Positions 52,888-63,227 are shown, counted from the stretch's first letter. The stretch is DNA of 64,000 bases from an uncultured Acidobacteriota bacterium (GCA_963836075.1 CAWIIB010000001.1:576001-640000); one strand, 5' to 3'. The notes: a model not told the origin generated them from the sequence alone. Translations and numbers: made by a program.

Positions 52888-54033
52888 TCAGCCGCCGGCC
52901 TTCATCTGCTCGGCTTCCTGGGCCAGCATCCGCTCGGCCACCTCGGCACCGAGGTCGGAGGTCGACTGGATGCCCTGAATCTTCAGCCTGAACTCGTCGG
53001 GCCGGGTCGTCCGCTTGATCGCTTCCTCCACCGTGATCATCCCCTGCTTGTAGAGGTGGAACAGCGACTGGTCAAAGGTCTGCATGCCGTACTGCGAGAC
53101 GCCGGCGGCGATGGCATCGTGGATCAGTTTGGTCTTATCCGGGTCCTCGATGCAGTCGCGGATATAGTTGGTGGCGATCAGCGCCTCCACCGCCGGCACC
53201 CGACCCTCCTTGTCCGCCCGGGGCAGCAGCCGCATGGAGATCACCGCCTTGAGCACGGCGGCCAGCTGCAGCCGGATCTGCTGCTGCTGGTGCGGCGGGA
53301 ACATGGCGATGATGCGGTTTATCGTCTCGGTGGCATCGAGGGTGTGCAGGGTGCTGAAGACCAGGTGACCGGTCTCGGCGGCCAGCAGGGCAGTCTCGAT
53401 GGTCTCGTAGTCCCGCATCTCCCCCACCAGGATCACGTCGGGGTCCTGGCGCAGGGCGCTGCGCAGGGCGCAGGAGAAGTTGCGGGTGTCCACGTCGATC
53501 TCCCGCTGGTTGACCAGGCTCCGCTTGTCGCGGTGCAGGAACTCGATGGGGTCCTCGATGGTCATGATGTGTTCGCTGCGCGTGGCGTTGATGTGGTCCA
53601 CCATGGCGGCCAGCGAAGTGGACTTGCCGCTGCCGGTGGTTCCGGTGACCAGCACCATGCCCCGCTTCTCCTGGCAGACCTTTTTCAGCACCGTGGGCAG
53701 GTTGAGGGCCTCGATGCTGAGGATCTTCACCGGGATCACCCGGAAGACCATGCCCACCGTGCCCCGCTGCTGGAACATGTTGCAGCGGAAGCGGCCCAGT
53801 CCGGCTACGGAATGGGCCATGTCGATCTCCAGGTTTTTCTTGAACCGTTCCTTCTGCCGGTCGTTCATGATGCTCGAGGCAATGGCCACGGTGTCTTCCG
53901 AGAGCAGGCGCTTGATGTCCACCAGCGGAAAGAGGTCTCCGTTGATCCGGATCACCGGATGCTGGCCCACCTTGAGGTGAACGTCCGAGGCATTGCGTTC
54001 GATGGCCATTTTCAGCAGGTCGTTGATGTGCAC
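52888..54033 (-). CDS. pilT: Type IV pilus retraction ATPase (PilT/PilU family)
   Basis: ASDVHL, GTTGSGKST, TIEDPIE, LRQDPDVILVGEMRD and TGHLVFSTLHT. Confidence 0.95.
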   Translation of the reverse strand: MHINDLLKMAIERNASDVHLKVGQHPVIRINGDLFPLVDIKRLLSEDTVAIASSIMNDRQKERFKKNLEIDMAHSVAGLGRFRCNMFQQRGTVGMVFRVIPVKILSIEALNLPTVLKKVCQEKRGMVLVTGTTGSGKSTSLAAMVDHINATRSEHIMTIEDPIEFLHRDKRSLVNQREIDVDTRNFSCALRSALRQDPDVILVGEMRDYETIETALLAAETGHLVFSTLHTLDATETINRIIAMFPPHQQQQIRLQLAAVLKAVISMRLLPRADKEGRVPAVEALIATNYIRDCIEDPDKTKLIHDAIAAGVSQYGMQTFDQSLFHLYKQGMITVEEAIKRTTRPDEFRLKIQGIQSTSDLGAEVAERMLAQEAEQMKAGG

Positions 54034-54185
54034 CGTTCACCTCCAGTCACGGGCGCGGCTCGCGCAAACGGAAAACAGGCGGCTGCCCCGGTAGAATTCT
54101 TGCGGATCTCTATCTTGGTATCGGCAGACGAGCAGCGCCAGATTATCGGTAGTTTTGTGGAAATCAGGGGATGGGAGCCGCGGGA

Positions 54186-54947
54186 TCAGCCCATGTCGCC
54201 GAAGGCCAGCTGCAGCGCCACCAGCGAGGCCAACGCCGCGGTGGCCGTGCGCAGGATCCGGGGCCCCAGGGAGACCGGCCGGAACCCCGATTGCAGGGCC
54301 AGGTCCAGTTCCTCCGCGGTCCAGCCGCCCTCGGGCCCCACCAGCAGGGAGACGGTCTCCGCCGGCGTTTCCTGGGACAGCGAGCGGTCCAGCGGCGGGT
54401 GGACTCCGTGCTCGGCAGGGATGATCCGTAATCCGGGTCTGGAAGCGGCGTCCTCCAGGGCCTGGCTAAAGGCCAGGGGCGGGCTGAGGTGGGGCGGGCG
54501 GAAGCGGCCGCTGGACTTGCAGGCATCGCGGGCGATCTTTTCCCAGCGGGGGAGCCGGCGGGCCACGCCCTCGGTGGTGGCCAGCAGCGCCGCCCGGCTG
54601 CGGGTGGTGACCACCGGAGAGATGCTTCTGGCCCCCAGTTCGGTGGCCCGGGCGATGATCTCCTCCATCACCCCGCGGGAGGCGGGCAGCGCCTGGTAGA
54701 GGGCCACATCGAGCAGCGGCTCGCGGGAGCCGGGGGGCAGCTCCGTTTCCAGCAGCACCGACAGCCGGTCCCGGCCGATGGTCTCCACCCGGCCCCGGTA
54801 GCCCCGGCCCCGGCCGTCGAAGACCTCCACCTCCGCGCCCGGCCGCACCCGGCGGACGCGGGCCAGGTGGTGGAACTCCTCCCCCCGCACCTCGGCACGG
54901 TTGGCGGCAATGGCTTCCGGCGGGACAAAGACCCTTTTGCAGGACAT
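54186..54947 (-). CDS. rsmE: 16S rRNA m3U1498 methyltransferase
   Basis: HHLARVRR, TELG, VGPEGG and LGPRILR. Confidence 0.93.
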   Translation of the reverse strand: MSCKRVFVPPEAIAANRAEVRGEEFHHLARVRRVRPGAEVEVFDGRGRGYRGRVETIGRDRLSVLLETELPPGSREPLLDVALYQALPASRGVMEEIIARATELGARSISPVVTTRSRAALLATTEGVARRLPRWEKIARDACKSSGRFRPPHLSPPLAFSQALEDAASRPGLRIIPAEHGVHPPLDRSLSQETPAETVSLLVGPEGGWTAEELDLALQSGFRPVSLGPRILRTATAALASLVALQLAFGDMG

Positions 54948-54962
54948 CCGGCCCCTATCCGC

Positions 54963-55628
54963 TCAACAGAGCTTGAGCACTTCGCGGACCATTCTGGTTA
55001 TACCGGTGTTCACCTCGCCGATCCGCTGGGCCACCATGTAGGCCGGGGTGCTGACCACCTTGTTCTCGGCGTCCACCACCGCTTCCTCGGCCCCGGCGTT
55101 CCGGTGCACCGCGCCCCACTTCTCCAGGGCCGCGGCGGTATCCGGGTCGTTGCCGATGGTCAGGGTCAGCGAGATCCCCGAACCATCGAAAGCCTTGGCC
55201 ACCGCCGCCGGGGCAATGCAGGCGGCGCCGATGGGCTTGCCGGCGGCGGCGCAGTCCAGCAGCAGCCTTTTGAGGTCCGGGTCGACGTCGCAGTCCTCGC
55301 CCTGGAAGGCGTAACTGCAGAGGTTCTTGGCGGCGCCGAAGCCGCCGGGCAGCACCAGGGCGTCGAAATCGGCGGCCGTCACGCCGGCCAGCGGCAGCAC
55401 CGGCCCCCGGGCGATGCGGGCCGACTCCTCCAGCACGCTGCGCCGCGCCCCCTCCTCCGGTTCGCCTTTCTGGTGGTTGACCACGTGGGCCTGGTCCTTG
55501 TCCGGTGCGATACAGACGATCTCGGCCCCCTCCCCGTCCAGGGCCAGCAGGGTGCACACCGATTCGTGGATCTCGGCTCCGTCATAGACGCCGCAGCCGG
55601 AAAGAACAACACCTACCTTTTTCGCCAT
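54963..55628 (-). CDS. elbB: Glyoxalase ElbB (DJ-1/PfpI family)
   Basis: LSGCGVYDGAEIHE, ESARIARG, PGGFGAAKNL and STPAYM. Confidence 0.93.
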   Translation of the reverse strand: MAKKVGVVLSGCGVYDGAEIHESVCTLLALDGEGAEIVCIAPDKDQAHVVNHQKGEPEEGARRSVLEESARIARGPVLPLAGVTAADFDALVLPGGFGAAKNLCSYAFQGEDCDVDPDLKRLLLDCAAAGKPIGAACIAPAAVAKAFDGSGISLTLTIGNDPDTAAALEKWGAVHRNAGAEEAVVDAENKVVSTPAYMVAQRIGEVNTGITRMVREVLKLC

Positions 55629-55702
55629 TGGTCTGGCCTCCGCTGAATCGTCCTCGGTTGTTTCGTGTCTGCCGCAATTGTACCCCCGGGACCCGGGGAC
55701 GT

Positions 55703-56602
55703 TCAACCGCGCGGCCTGGTCAGCACCAGTCCGGCCCACTCGCCGTCGATCACGCGGTTCAGGCAGTGCAGCCCGCGGGCGCGGTAGGCGGCGAGCACCT
55801 CACGCTCCTCGTCCCCGGCGAGGATGCCGGCCAGCAGCAGGCGGCCGCCGGGCTCCAGCAGCGGACCGGCCAGCACCGGCGCCATCCTGATCAGCGTGCT
55901 GCCGAGAATGTTGGCCGCCACCAGGGGGAAGGACCGTCGGAGCGCTGCCCCGGGGTCCGCGCTCACCAGCAGGTCCACCCGGTGGGCCAGCTGGTGGCCG
56001 GCGATATTGTCAGCGGCCACCGCCACGGCCTGGGGATCGATATCGGTCCCCACCACCCGCGGGCAGCCCAGCAGGGCGGCGGCCAGGGCCAGGATGCCCG
56101 ACCCGGTGCCCACGTCGAGAAAATCGGTCCCCTCCCCGGCAGCCTCCTCCAGCTGCCGCAGGCAGAAGAGGGTGGTTTCGTGGTGCCCGGTGCCGAATGC
56201 CAGTCCCGGTGTGATACGCAGCACCTTACGGCCGGCGTATTCCTCGGGCACCGGATCCCCTTCCCCGGGGATCACCAGCAAACGGCGGCCCACCGGAAAG
56301 GGCTGCTGCCCCTCCCGCCAGCGGGCCAGCCAGTCCTCGCTCTGCTGGTTTCCGGCCTCCACCTCCAGCTGCTGGTCCGGATCGAGACCGGCGGCCATCC
56401 CTGCCAGGCGGGCAGCGGCCTCGTCCCGTGCTGCATTGTCGCTGAACCAGGCGGTGAGCTGCGGGGCGGCCCGCAGGTCCTGCGCCGATCCCACACTGTC
56501 CGATGAGGTGCCGCTGCAGCCGCAGGAGAAGAGCACGGCGGTCACCTGCTCTCCCAGTGACTGGGTGAGAGTGATCCGCAGATAGGGCCACGTCTGTTTC
56601 AT
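55703..56602 (-). CDS. prmA: Ribosomal protein L11 methyltransferase
   Basis: PGLAFGTGHHETT, LDVGTGSGIL and VAANI. Confidence 0.93.
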   Translation of the reverse strand: MKQTWPYLRITLTQSLGEQVTAVLFSCGCSGTSSDSVGSAQDLRAAPQLTAWFSDNAARDEAAARLAGMAAGLDPDQQLEVEAGNQQSEDWLARWREGQQPFPVGRRLLVIPGEGDPVPEEYAGRKVLRITPGLAFGTGHHETTLFCLRQLEEAAGEGTDFLDVGTGSGILALAAALLGCPRVVGTDIDPQAVAVAADNIAGHQLAHRVDLLVSADPGAALRRSFPLVAANILGSTLIRMAPVLAGPLLEPGGRLLLAGILAGDEEREVLAAYRARGLHCLNRVIDGEWAGLVLTRPRG

Positions 56603-56641
56603 CTGCTCCTGGGGGTGGAGGACGAGCCGCGGGATACGATT

Positions 56642-57781
56642 CTAGTTGAAGATGTCCTTCACCTTGGCGAAGAGCGTCTTCTCCCCGTTGGCCCGTTCGT
56701 TGCTCTCCAGTTCGGACAACTGCTCGAAGAGCTCTCGCGCCTCACGGCTCAGTTTTTCCGGTGTGCGCAGTTCCACCCTGGCGAAGAGGTCGCCGGTGCC
56801 GCCGCCAACGCCCTGGACGCCGGCGCCGCGGATGCGGAAGGTGGTGCCGGACTGGGTGCCCTGGGGTATCTTCAGGTCCGACCCCTCCCGGTCACCGAGC
56901 TCGGGAAGGGTCAGTTCGGTGCCCAGGGCGGCCTGGGAGAAATCGAGCGGAACGGTGCAGACCAGGTGGTTGTCCTCGCGGGAGTAGAACTCGTGGTCCC
57001 GGGCGTGGATCACCACGTAGAGATCGCCGCGCATTGCACCCCGGGGGCCGGCCTCGCCCTCGCCGGTCAGCCGCAGGCGCGAGCCGGAATCGACGCCGGC
57101 CGGAATCTTCAGTTTGAGGTCCTTGGACTTTTTCAGCAGCCCCTGGCCCTGGCAGGTTTTGCAGGGATTGGTGATCACCGAGCCCGCGCCGCCGCAGCGG
57201 GGACAGGTGCGGGCCAGGCTGAAAAACCCCTGGCGGAAGGTCACCTGTCCGGCCCCCCCGCACTCGGAGCAGCGGGACGGTCCTTCAGTCCCGGCGGCTC
57301 CGCTGCCGGAACAGTCGGTGCAGGGCTCGTGGCGGAAGAGCTGGATGCTGGTCTGGGTCCCGAACACCGCCTCTTCGAAGTCGATCTCCAGGTCGTAGCG
57401 CAGGTCCGCGCCACGCTGCACGCCGCCGCGGCCCCGCCCACGGCCGCCTCCCCGGCCAAAGATGTCGCCAAAGCCGAAAAGGTCGCCGAGAATATCACTG
57501 AAATCACCGAAAATGTTGGGGTCGAAACCGGAGAATCCCGCGCCGTTGCGGAGCCCGCCATGGCCGTACTGGTCGTAGAGCGACCGTTTCTCCGCATCAC
57601 CCAGTACGCTGTACGCCTCGGCGGCCAGCTTGAATTTCTCTTCGGCCCCCTTGTCGCCCTGGTTCTTGTCCGGGTGGTACTCCACCGCCTTGCGGCGGTA
57701 AGCCCGCTTGATCTCCTGCTCACTGGCTCCCCGGGGGATCCCCAGTACGTCGTAGTAGTCCTGTTTGGCGTTGTCGTTCAC
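56642..57781 (-). CDS. dnaJ: Molecular chaperone DnaJ
   Basis: J domain with HPD, G/F-rich region and four CxxCxGxG motifs. Confidence 0.98.
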   Translation of the reverse strand: MNDNAKQDYYDVLGIPRGASEQEIKRAYRRKAVEYHPDKNQGDKGAEEKFKLAAEAYSVLGDAEKRSLYDQYGHGGLRNGAGFSGFDPNIFGDFSDILGDLFGFGDIFGRGGGRGRGRGGVQRGADLRYDLEIDFEEAVFGTQTSIQLFRHEPCTDCSGSGAAGTEGPSRCSECGGAGQVTFRQGFFSLARTCPRCGGAGSVITNPCKTCQGQGLLKKSKDLKLKIPAGVDSGSRLRLTGEGEAGPRGAMRGDLYVVIHARDHEFYSREDNHLVCTVPLDFSQAALGTELTLPELGDREGSDLKIPQGTQSGTTFRIRGAGVQGVGGGTGDLFARVELRTPEKLSREARELFEQLSELESNERANGEKTLFAKVKDIFN

Positions 57782-57837
57782 GTGTCGCGAAACCCCTGTG
57801 CCGCTTCAGCGCCCCCGGAGGTCAGTCCGAGCGCCCC

Positions 57838-59652
57838 TCAGTCGGAACGGCCGTCAGTGAAAAGGGAATTGGAAAGGACCTTGGAAACCAGTTGCAGCTC
57901 CGAAAGGCACTCGTTGCAGCCGGAGATGCTTCCATCGTTTATCTCCCGGCGGGCGCGCTCGAGAACGGCGCGGATCCGGGACCGCTCGCTCTCCTGCAGG
58001 ATCTCGCCGAACTCGGCGTAGCTCTTCTCAACCGAGTAGAGCAGGCCCTCGAGATTGCGGATGGTGCGCACCAGCTGGCGCCGTTTCTGGTCGTCGTCGG
58101 CATGGGTCCGGGAATCCTCGATCACCTGCTGGATCTCGTCCTCGCTCAGCCCGCCGGACGGGGTGACCTTCATCGCCTGCTCCTTGCCCGAGGTCCGGTC
58201 GCGGGCGGTGATGGAGACGATGCCGTTGGAGTCGATGGCAAAGGTGACCTCGATCTGGGCCACCCCCCGGGGAGCCGGCGGGATGCCCACCAGGTCGAAG
58301 CGGCCCAGGGAGCGGTTCTCGTCGATCACGTCCCGCTCACCCTGCAGGGCGTGGATTTCAACCTTGGTCTGGTTGTCCACCACCGTGGTGAAGACCTGGG
58401 CGCTCTTGGTGGGGATGGTGCTGTTGCGCTCGATCAGCCTGGTGAATATTCCCCCGCGGGTTTCGATACCCAGGGACAGCGGCGTCACGTCCAGCAGTAC
58501 CATGTCCTTGATCTCACCGCCGAGGATCGCGCCCTGCATCGCAGCGCCAATGCCCACCACCTCCTCGGGATTGCGGTCCCGGCTGGGCTCCCGGCCGAAG
58601 ATCTCGCGCACCAGCTCGATGACCCTGGGGGTACGGGTCTGGCCGCCCACCAGCAGAACCTTGTCGATCTGGCTGGCCTTCAGCCGGGCGGAGGTCATGG
58701 CCTCGCGACAGGGGCCCACCGTGCGCTGCACCAGGTCCTCCACCATCGATTCGAAGTGCTCCCGGGTCAGGGTGGCGTTGATGTGCTTGGCGCCGCCTTC
58801 ACCGGCGGAGATGAAGGGCAGGTTGATCTCCGCCACCTCCTCCGACGACAGCTCGCACTTGGCCTTTTCCGCTACTTCCTTCAGCCGCTGCAGGGCCATG
58901 CGGTCCTGGCGCAGGTCGGTGCCGTGTTCTTTCTGGAAGCTGGTGGCCAGCCAGTTGATGATCCGCTGGTCGAAATCCTCGCCGCCGAGGAAGGTGTCGC
59001 CGCTGGTGGACAGCACTTCGTGCACCCCCTCGCTGAGACGGAGGATGGAGACGTCGAAGGTCCCGCCGCCGAGATCGAAAACCGCCAGGGTCTCCTCCAC
59101 GGACTGGCCGGTGCCGTAGGCCAGGGAGGCTGCGGTGGGCTCGTTGATGATCCGCAGCACGTCGAGGCCGGCTATCCGGCCGGCGTCCTTGGTAGCCTGC
59201 CGCTGGGCGTCGTTGAAGTAGGCCGGGACGGTGATGATCGCCTCGTCCACCACCTCTCCCAGGTACTCCTCGGCCACCTCCTTCATGTGCGTCAGCAGCA
59301 TGGCCGAAATCTCTTCCGGGCTGTAGAGCTTGTCCTGGATGTTGATCTTCACGTCGCCGTTGTCCGCCTCGGCCAGCGAATAGGGCAGGAACTCCTCCAC
59401 CCGGCGGATCTCGTCGGAGTCGATCTTGCGGCCGATGAGCCGCTTGACGGCGTACACGGTGTTGGTGGGGTTGGTGATCGCCTGCCGTTTGGCGATCTGG
59501 CCCACCAGCCGTTCGCCGGCGAGGGTGAAACCGACCATGGAGGGGATGATGCGGCTGCCTTCCCGGCTGGGAACCACGGCCTGCTCGGAGCCCTCGGTGA
59601 CCGCGACGCAACAGTTGGTGGTCCCGAGGTCGATGCCGATGATCTTGCCCAT
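57838..59652 (-). CDS. dnaK: Molecular chaperone DnaK
   Basis: GIDLGTTN, TVPAYFND, DLGGGTFD and LLDVTPLSLG; short C-terminus. Confidence 0.97.
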   Translation of the reverse strand: MGKIIGIDLGTTNCCVAVTEGSEQAVVPSREGSRIIPSMVGFTLAGERLVGQIAKRQAITNPTNTVYAVKRLIGRKIDSDEIRRVEEFLPYSLAEADNGDVKINIQDKLYSPEEISAMLLTHMKEVAEEYLGEVVDEAIITVPAYFNDAQRQATKDAGRIAGLDVLRIINEPTAASLAYGTGQSVEETLAVFDLGGGTFDVSILRLSEGVHEVLSTSGDTFLGGEDFDQRIINWLATSFQKEHGTDLRQDRMALQRLKEVAEKAKCELSSEEVAEINLPFISAGEGGAKHINATLTREHFESMVEDLVQRTVGPCREAMTSARLKASQIDKVLLVGGQTRTPRVIELVREIFGREPSRDRNPEEVVGIGAAMQGAILGGEIKDMVLLDVTPLSLGIETRGGIFTRLIERNSTIPTKSAQVFTTVVDNQTKVEIHALQGERDVIDENRSLGRFDLVGIPPAPRGVAQIEVTFAIDSNGIVSITARDRTSGKEQAMKVTPSGGLSEDEIQQVIEDSRTHADDDQKRRQLVRTIRNLEGLLYSVEKSYAEFGEILQESERSRIRAVLERARREINDGSISGCNECLSELQLVSKVLSNSLFTDGRSD

Positions 59653-59690
59653 GTCAGTTACGTCTCCCACAGAACAGGCCCGGACCGCAG

Positions 59691-60428
59691 CTACTCGTCG
59701 GACGGCTCGGGTGAATCGGCGTCTTCCGCGTCATTTCCCTCGTTGATCACCACCTGAACCATCGGCGACCGGATCAACCGGTCCCGCAGGTAGTAGCCCT
59801 TCTTGAGTTCGGCCACCACCGTGTTGTTCTCCTTATCCGGATCGTTGACCACCGCCACGGCCTCGTGGATGTTGGGGTCGAAGGTCTGCCCCACACAGTC
59901 AATCTCCTGCAGTCCCTGCCGGGCCAACAGGTCCACCAGTTGCTTGTGGATCAGCCGCACCCCCTCACCAAAGGTTTCGGGATCGGCCTGCTGGTTGGTG
60001 GCCAGGGCCAGCTCGAAATTGTCGATCACCGGCAGCAGTTCCTCGATCAGCGACTGGCTGGCCCGCAGGACCACCTCGCGTTTCTCCCGCTCCATCCGTT
60101 TGCGGAAGTTGATGAAATCGGCCTGGGCCCGCAACAGGTCCTCGCGCAGCCGGTCCCGTTCATCGGCCACCGCCTGCGCCGGATCGGCCTCCTCCCCGTC
60201 AACCGCGAGGAGCTCAGGTTCCACCACGTCCGCCTGCTCCGTCCCGCCGTTGCGGATCTCGTCTCCCATGGTCCTCGCTTCTCCATTGCTGCCGTCGTTG
60301 ACCTCCGGTATCTCCACCGGGTTCCCGTCGGCGTCCACCTCACGGATGATCTCCAGTTCCACCAGGTCGTTCAGGTCGCTGCCGCCACTCTCATCCCCGG
60401 CGTCCACTGGGATCTCCTTGCTCGTCAC
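59691..60428 (-). CDS. grpE: Nucleotide exchange factor GrpE
   Basis: ADFINFRKR, LLPVIDNFE and FDPNIHEAV. Confidence 0.96.
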   Translation of the reverse strand: MTSKEIPVDAGDESGGSDLNDLVELEIIREVDADGNPVEIPEVNDGSNGEARTMGDEIRNGGTEQADVVEPELLAVDGEEADPAQAVADERDRLREDLLRAQADFINFRKRMEREKREVVLRASQSLIEELLPVIDNFELALATNQQADPETFGEGVRLIHKQLVDLLARQGLQEIDCVGQTFDPNIHEAVAVVNDPDKENNTVVAELKKGYYLRDRLIRSPMVQVVINEGNDAEDADSPEPSDE

Positions 60429-60459
60429 AACAAACTCCTCTCACCTCAACCGTTTGCGG

Positions 60460-61518
60460 TCAACCGCGGCCGTGGAGCGACAAAGTCCGGCCGATCAGTG
60501 TGCCAAACTGGTTGGCGATGTTGCCCACCAACCCGATCATCCGCGAATATTCCATCCGCTTGGGCCCCAGCACCCCCACCGAACCGATGACCCGGCCACC
60601 GATGCTGAACGGTGAGGAGACCACGCTGCAGGCTCCGAAATCGGCCATCCGGCTCTCGCTGCCGATAACGATGGATACATCGTTCAGTTCCAGGCAGGAG
60701 TTGAGCAGGGCAACCAGTTTGCTTTTCTGTTCCATTGCCTCCAGCAGGACCCGCAGCGACTGCTTCTCGGCGAACTCGGGGGCCCGCAGCATGTTCGACG
60801 TGCCCTCGAGAAAAATCTCGGAATCCTCGTCGAGGTTGGAGAAAAAGAGCCGTCCCAGGCTCAGGGCGCTCTCCACCAGCCGGTTGCAGAGCACCGACTC
60901 CTCGGTGAGCCGCCCCGAAATGTGATCGCGGACGCTGGACAACGCCCAGCCGGCATACTCGTCGGCCAGAAACCTGGAAAACTGGTCCAGCTCCTCCTGG
61001 TCGTAGTCCTCCTCCACGTCGATCATCCGGTTGTTCACCACTCCCGAAGGGGAGACCATGACCACCAGGACCTTCCGCGGGGCGAGGAGGATGAACTCCA
61101 TCTGGTGGAACAGCATGTGGTTCTTGTCCGGACCGGTGACGATGCCCACCAGGTTGGAAAAGCGGGAGAGCAGCAGCGAGGTGCCCTGCATCATATCGCG
61201 TATCTCGCCGGCCAGGCCCACCATGCCGCGGGAGATCAGCCGCTCCTCCTCCGGGGCCAGTTCGCACCCCTCGGCCAGGTTGTCCACAAAATGCCGGTAG
61301 CCCTGGTCGGTGGGGACACGGCCGGCCGAGGTGTGGGGCTGGAAGAGATAGCCCCGGTCTTCCAGGTCGGACATCACGTTGCGCAACGTGGCCGCACCCA
61401 CATCGAAACAGTCCAGGGCCGCCAGGCTCGTCGAGCCCACCGGCTCACCGGTCCGAATGTGCAGGCGCACCACCTCCCGTAAAATCTTTTCCGAACGTTC
61501 TGGGAGCGAGCCTTTCAC
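60460..61518 (-). CDS. hrcA: Heat-inducible transcription repressor
   Basis: GEPVGS, ATLRNVMSDLE, QPHTSAGRVPT and GPKRMEY; GTG start with GGAAGG RBS. Confidence 0.95.
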   Translation of the reverse strand: MKGSLPERSEKILREVVRLHIRTGEPVGSTSLAALDCFDVGAATLRNVMSDLEDRGYLFQPHTSAGRVPTDQGYRHFVDNLAEGCELAPEEERLISRGMVGLAGEIRDMMQGTSLLLSRFSNLVGIVTGPDKNHMLFHQMEFILLAPRKVLVVMVSPSGVVNNRMIDVEEDYDQEELDQFSRFLADEYAGWALSSVRDHISGRLTEESVLCNRLVESALSLGRLFFSNLDEDSEIFLEGTSNMLRAPEFAEKQSLRVLLEAMEQKSKLVALLNSCLELNDVSIVIGSESRMADFGACSVVSSPFSIGGRVIGSVGVLGPKRMEYSRMIGLVGNIANQFGTLIGRTLSLHGRG

Positions 61519-61576
61519 ATCGTTTCCTTCCCGGTCATCCCCCGGGGCTGTCCATTCGCCCCGGGCGTGCATGCGG

Positions 61577-61605
61577 TTCATAGCATCGGCAACCACCGTT
61601 GTCAA
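61577..61605 (-). promoter_or_regulatory. Putative sigma70 promoter of the hrcA operon
   Basis: TTGACA-N17-TATGAA with a TGn extension. Confidence 0.55.
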
Positions 61606-61721
61606 GAAACGCAGGTCCCCACGGCCGGAACGGAGGAGCCGTTCCGCTTGCGGCGTTCCCCAATCCCCTGTTACTCCGTTTCGTCACTGCCGGGCAGGGA
61701 CTTGAGACTGCACCCGCGGGT

Positions 61722-62564
61722 TCAGCGGCCGAAATTCCACTGGTCGGTGTCAAAACGGTCAGTTTCAAGCCGGGCCACGCTCTCCAGCTCACCCTCGTCC
61801 AGGGGCTGCTCCAGGAACTCGACCCCCAGGCGCCCGGCCATGCCCCGGGCCAGCAACGGCACCAGGTCGTCAATCTGCTCCACGCCAGTGCCCGCGGCCT
61901 CCCCCAGGGAGGTGAAGGGCCGCTCCCCCGCCGGGCCGGCCCCTGACTGCCCGGTGGCTCCGAGGAGCAGGTCCCAGTGAGGCACCACCGGCAGCGAGCC
62001 GTGCTGCAGGAAACGGCCCCCCATCCTCCGCTGGGAGCTGCCCAGCAGCTTGCGCCCCCGGTGGGTCAGCTCGTAGCGGGAGATGGATGAGAAACAGGGA
62101 CTGCTGCTCCCCGGCCCCTCGGCGGCCCCGCCCCCGCTGTCCGGTCGCCCGGGCAGGGCGGGCCGGGAAACCTCGGCGTCGATACCGGCCAGATTGAGGC
62201 CGCGGCACAGGCCCTCGGAGATGACGCGGTAACTCTCGGTGATCGATGCGCCGCCGGGAAAGCCGTCGGTGGCGGTGACCACGCTGTAGGTGATCTCCTG
62301 GTGGTGCAGGACGGCCCGCCCCCCGGTGGGGCGGCGCACCACGTCAATGCCGTTATCGGCACAGAACCGGCGGTCCACGGTTCGTTCAACGCGCTGCAGG
62401 TATCCGAAGGAGAGTGTGGGCCGGTTCCAGCCATAGAAACGCAAAACACCGCCGAACCTATCCGGCGGAGCGCTCTCGAGGAGATACTGGTCCACTGCCA
62501 TGTTCCACGGCCCGCGGGCCGGGCCGTGGATCAGCAGTCGCCAGGGTGTGACGGGAGACGGCAT
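61722..62564 (-). CDS. Lipoate-protein ligase A / LipM family protein
   Basis: NMAVD, VRRPTGGRAVLH, KLLGSSQ and LQHGS. Confidence 0.92.
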   Translation of the reverse strand: MPSPVTPWRLLIHGPARGPWNMAVDQYLLESAPPDRFGGVLRFYGWNRPTLSFGYLQRVERTVDRRFCADNGIDVVRRPTGGRAVLHHQEITYSVVTATDGFPGGASITESYRVISEGLCRGLNLAGIDAEVSRPALPGRPDSGGGAAEGPGSSSPCFSSISRYELTHRGRKLLGSSQRRMGGRFLQHGSLPVVPHWDLLLGATGQSGAGPAGERPFTSLGEAAGTGVEQIDDLVPLLARGMAGRLGVEFLEQPLDEGELESVARLETDRFDTDQWNFGR

Positions 62565-62582
62565 CGCAGCCAGGAACAGGGG

Positions 62583-63227
62583 TTACTTCTGCTCTCCCAG
62601 CGGCTTCAACTCCCCCTGGGGTGTTTTGCTTGCCGGCTTGTCGGCGGTGACCGCCGGTTTCGGGGCAGCCGGCGGAGCAGAGGGACTGCTATCCTTGGCC
62701 TTGGACACGTCGCTCATGTCGACGCTGCCCTTGAAGTGGGCACCCTCGGCAATGACGATTTTCGGTGCGTGGATGTTGCCCTCCAGAAAACCGGTGGCCA
62801 CGATCTCCACCTTGTTTTCCGAGAAGACGTTGCCGAAAACCTTGCCGCTGATGGTCACAGTGGCGGCATGGATGTCGGCTTCCACATGGCCCTTCTCGCC
62901 CACCACCAGGTTCTTCTTGAGGATGATCTTCCCTTCCACGCGCCCTTCGAGGGTCACGTCACCGTCGCCGAGAAGTTCGCCCTTGATCGTGATCTCTTGC
63001 CCGATAATGGTAATCACCCCTTTCCTCTCCATGGTCGACTGGGACTCGCCAGGTGTTCCGGTTGACATTGCGAATGGTTCACTCTTTTCCGCCGGGGCGG
63101 GTGTGGGGGCCGGCGCGCTGCTCGGTTTCCAGGGGGGGGCAGCTTTGGCCGGTTCGGTCCGGGGCCTCTCCTCCTCCCTCGGCGGCGGGTCAGCCTTCCG
63201 GTTCGTTTTGCTCCCGAAGAGGGACAT
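62583..63227 (-). CDS. Bactofilin (polymer-forming cytoskeletal protein) with Pro-rich termini
   Basis: TIIGQEITIKGEL...IVIAEGAHFKGSVDM; GAGGA RBS before ATG 63227. Confidence 0.92.
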   Translation of the reverse strand: MSLFGSKTNRKADPPPREEERPRTEPAKAAPPWKPSSAPAPTPAPAEKSEPFAMSTGTPGESQSTMERKGVITIIGQEITIKGELLGDGDVTLEGRVEGKIILKKNLVVGEKGHVEADIHAATVTISGKVFGNVFSENKVEIVATGFLEGNIHAPKIVIAEGAHFKGSVDMSDVSKAKDSSPSAPPAAPKPAVTADKPASKTPQGELKPLGEQK

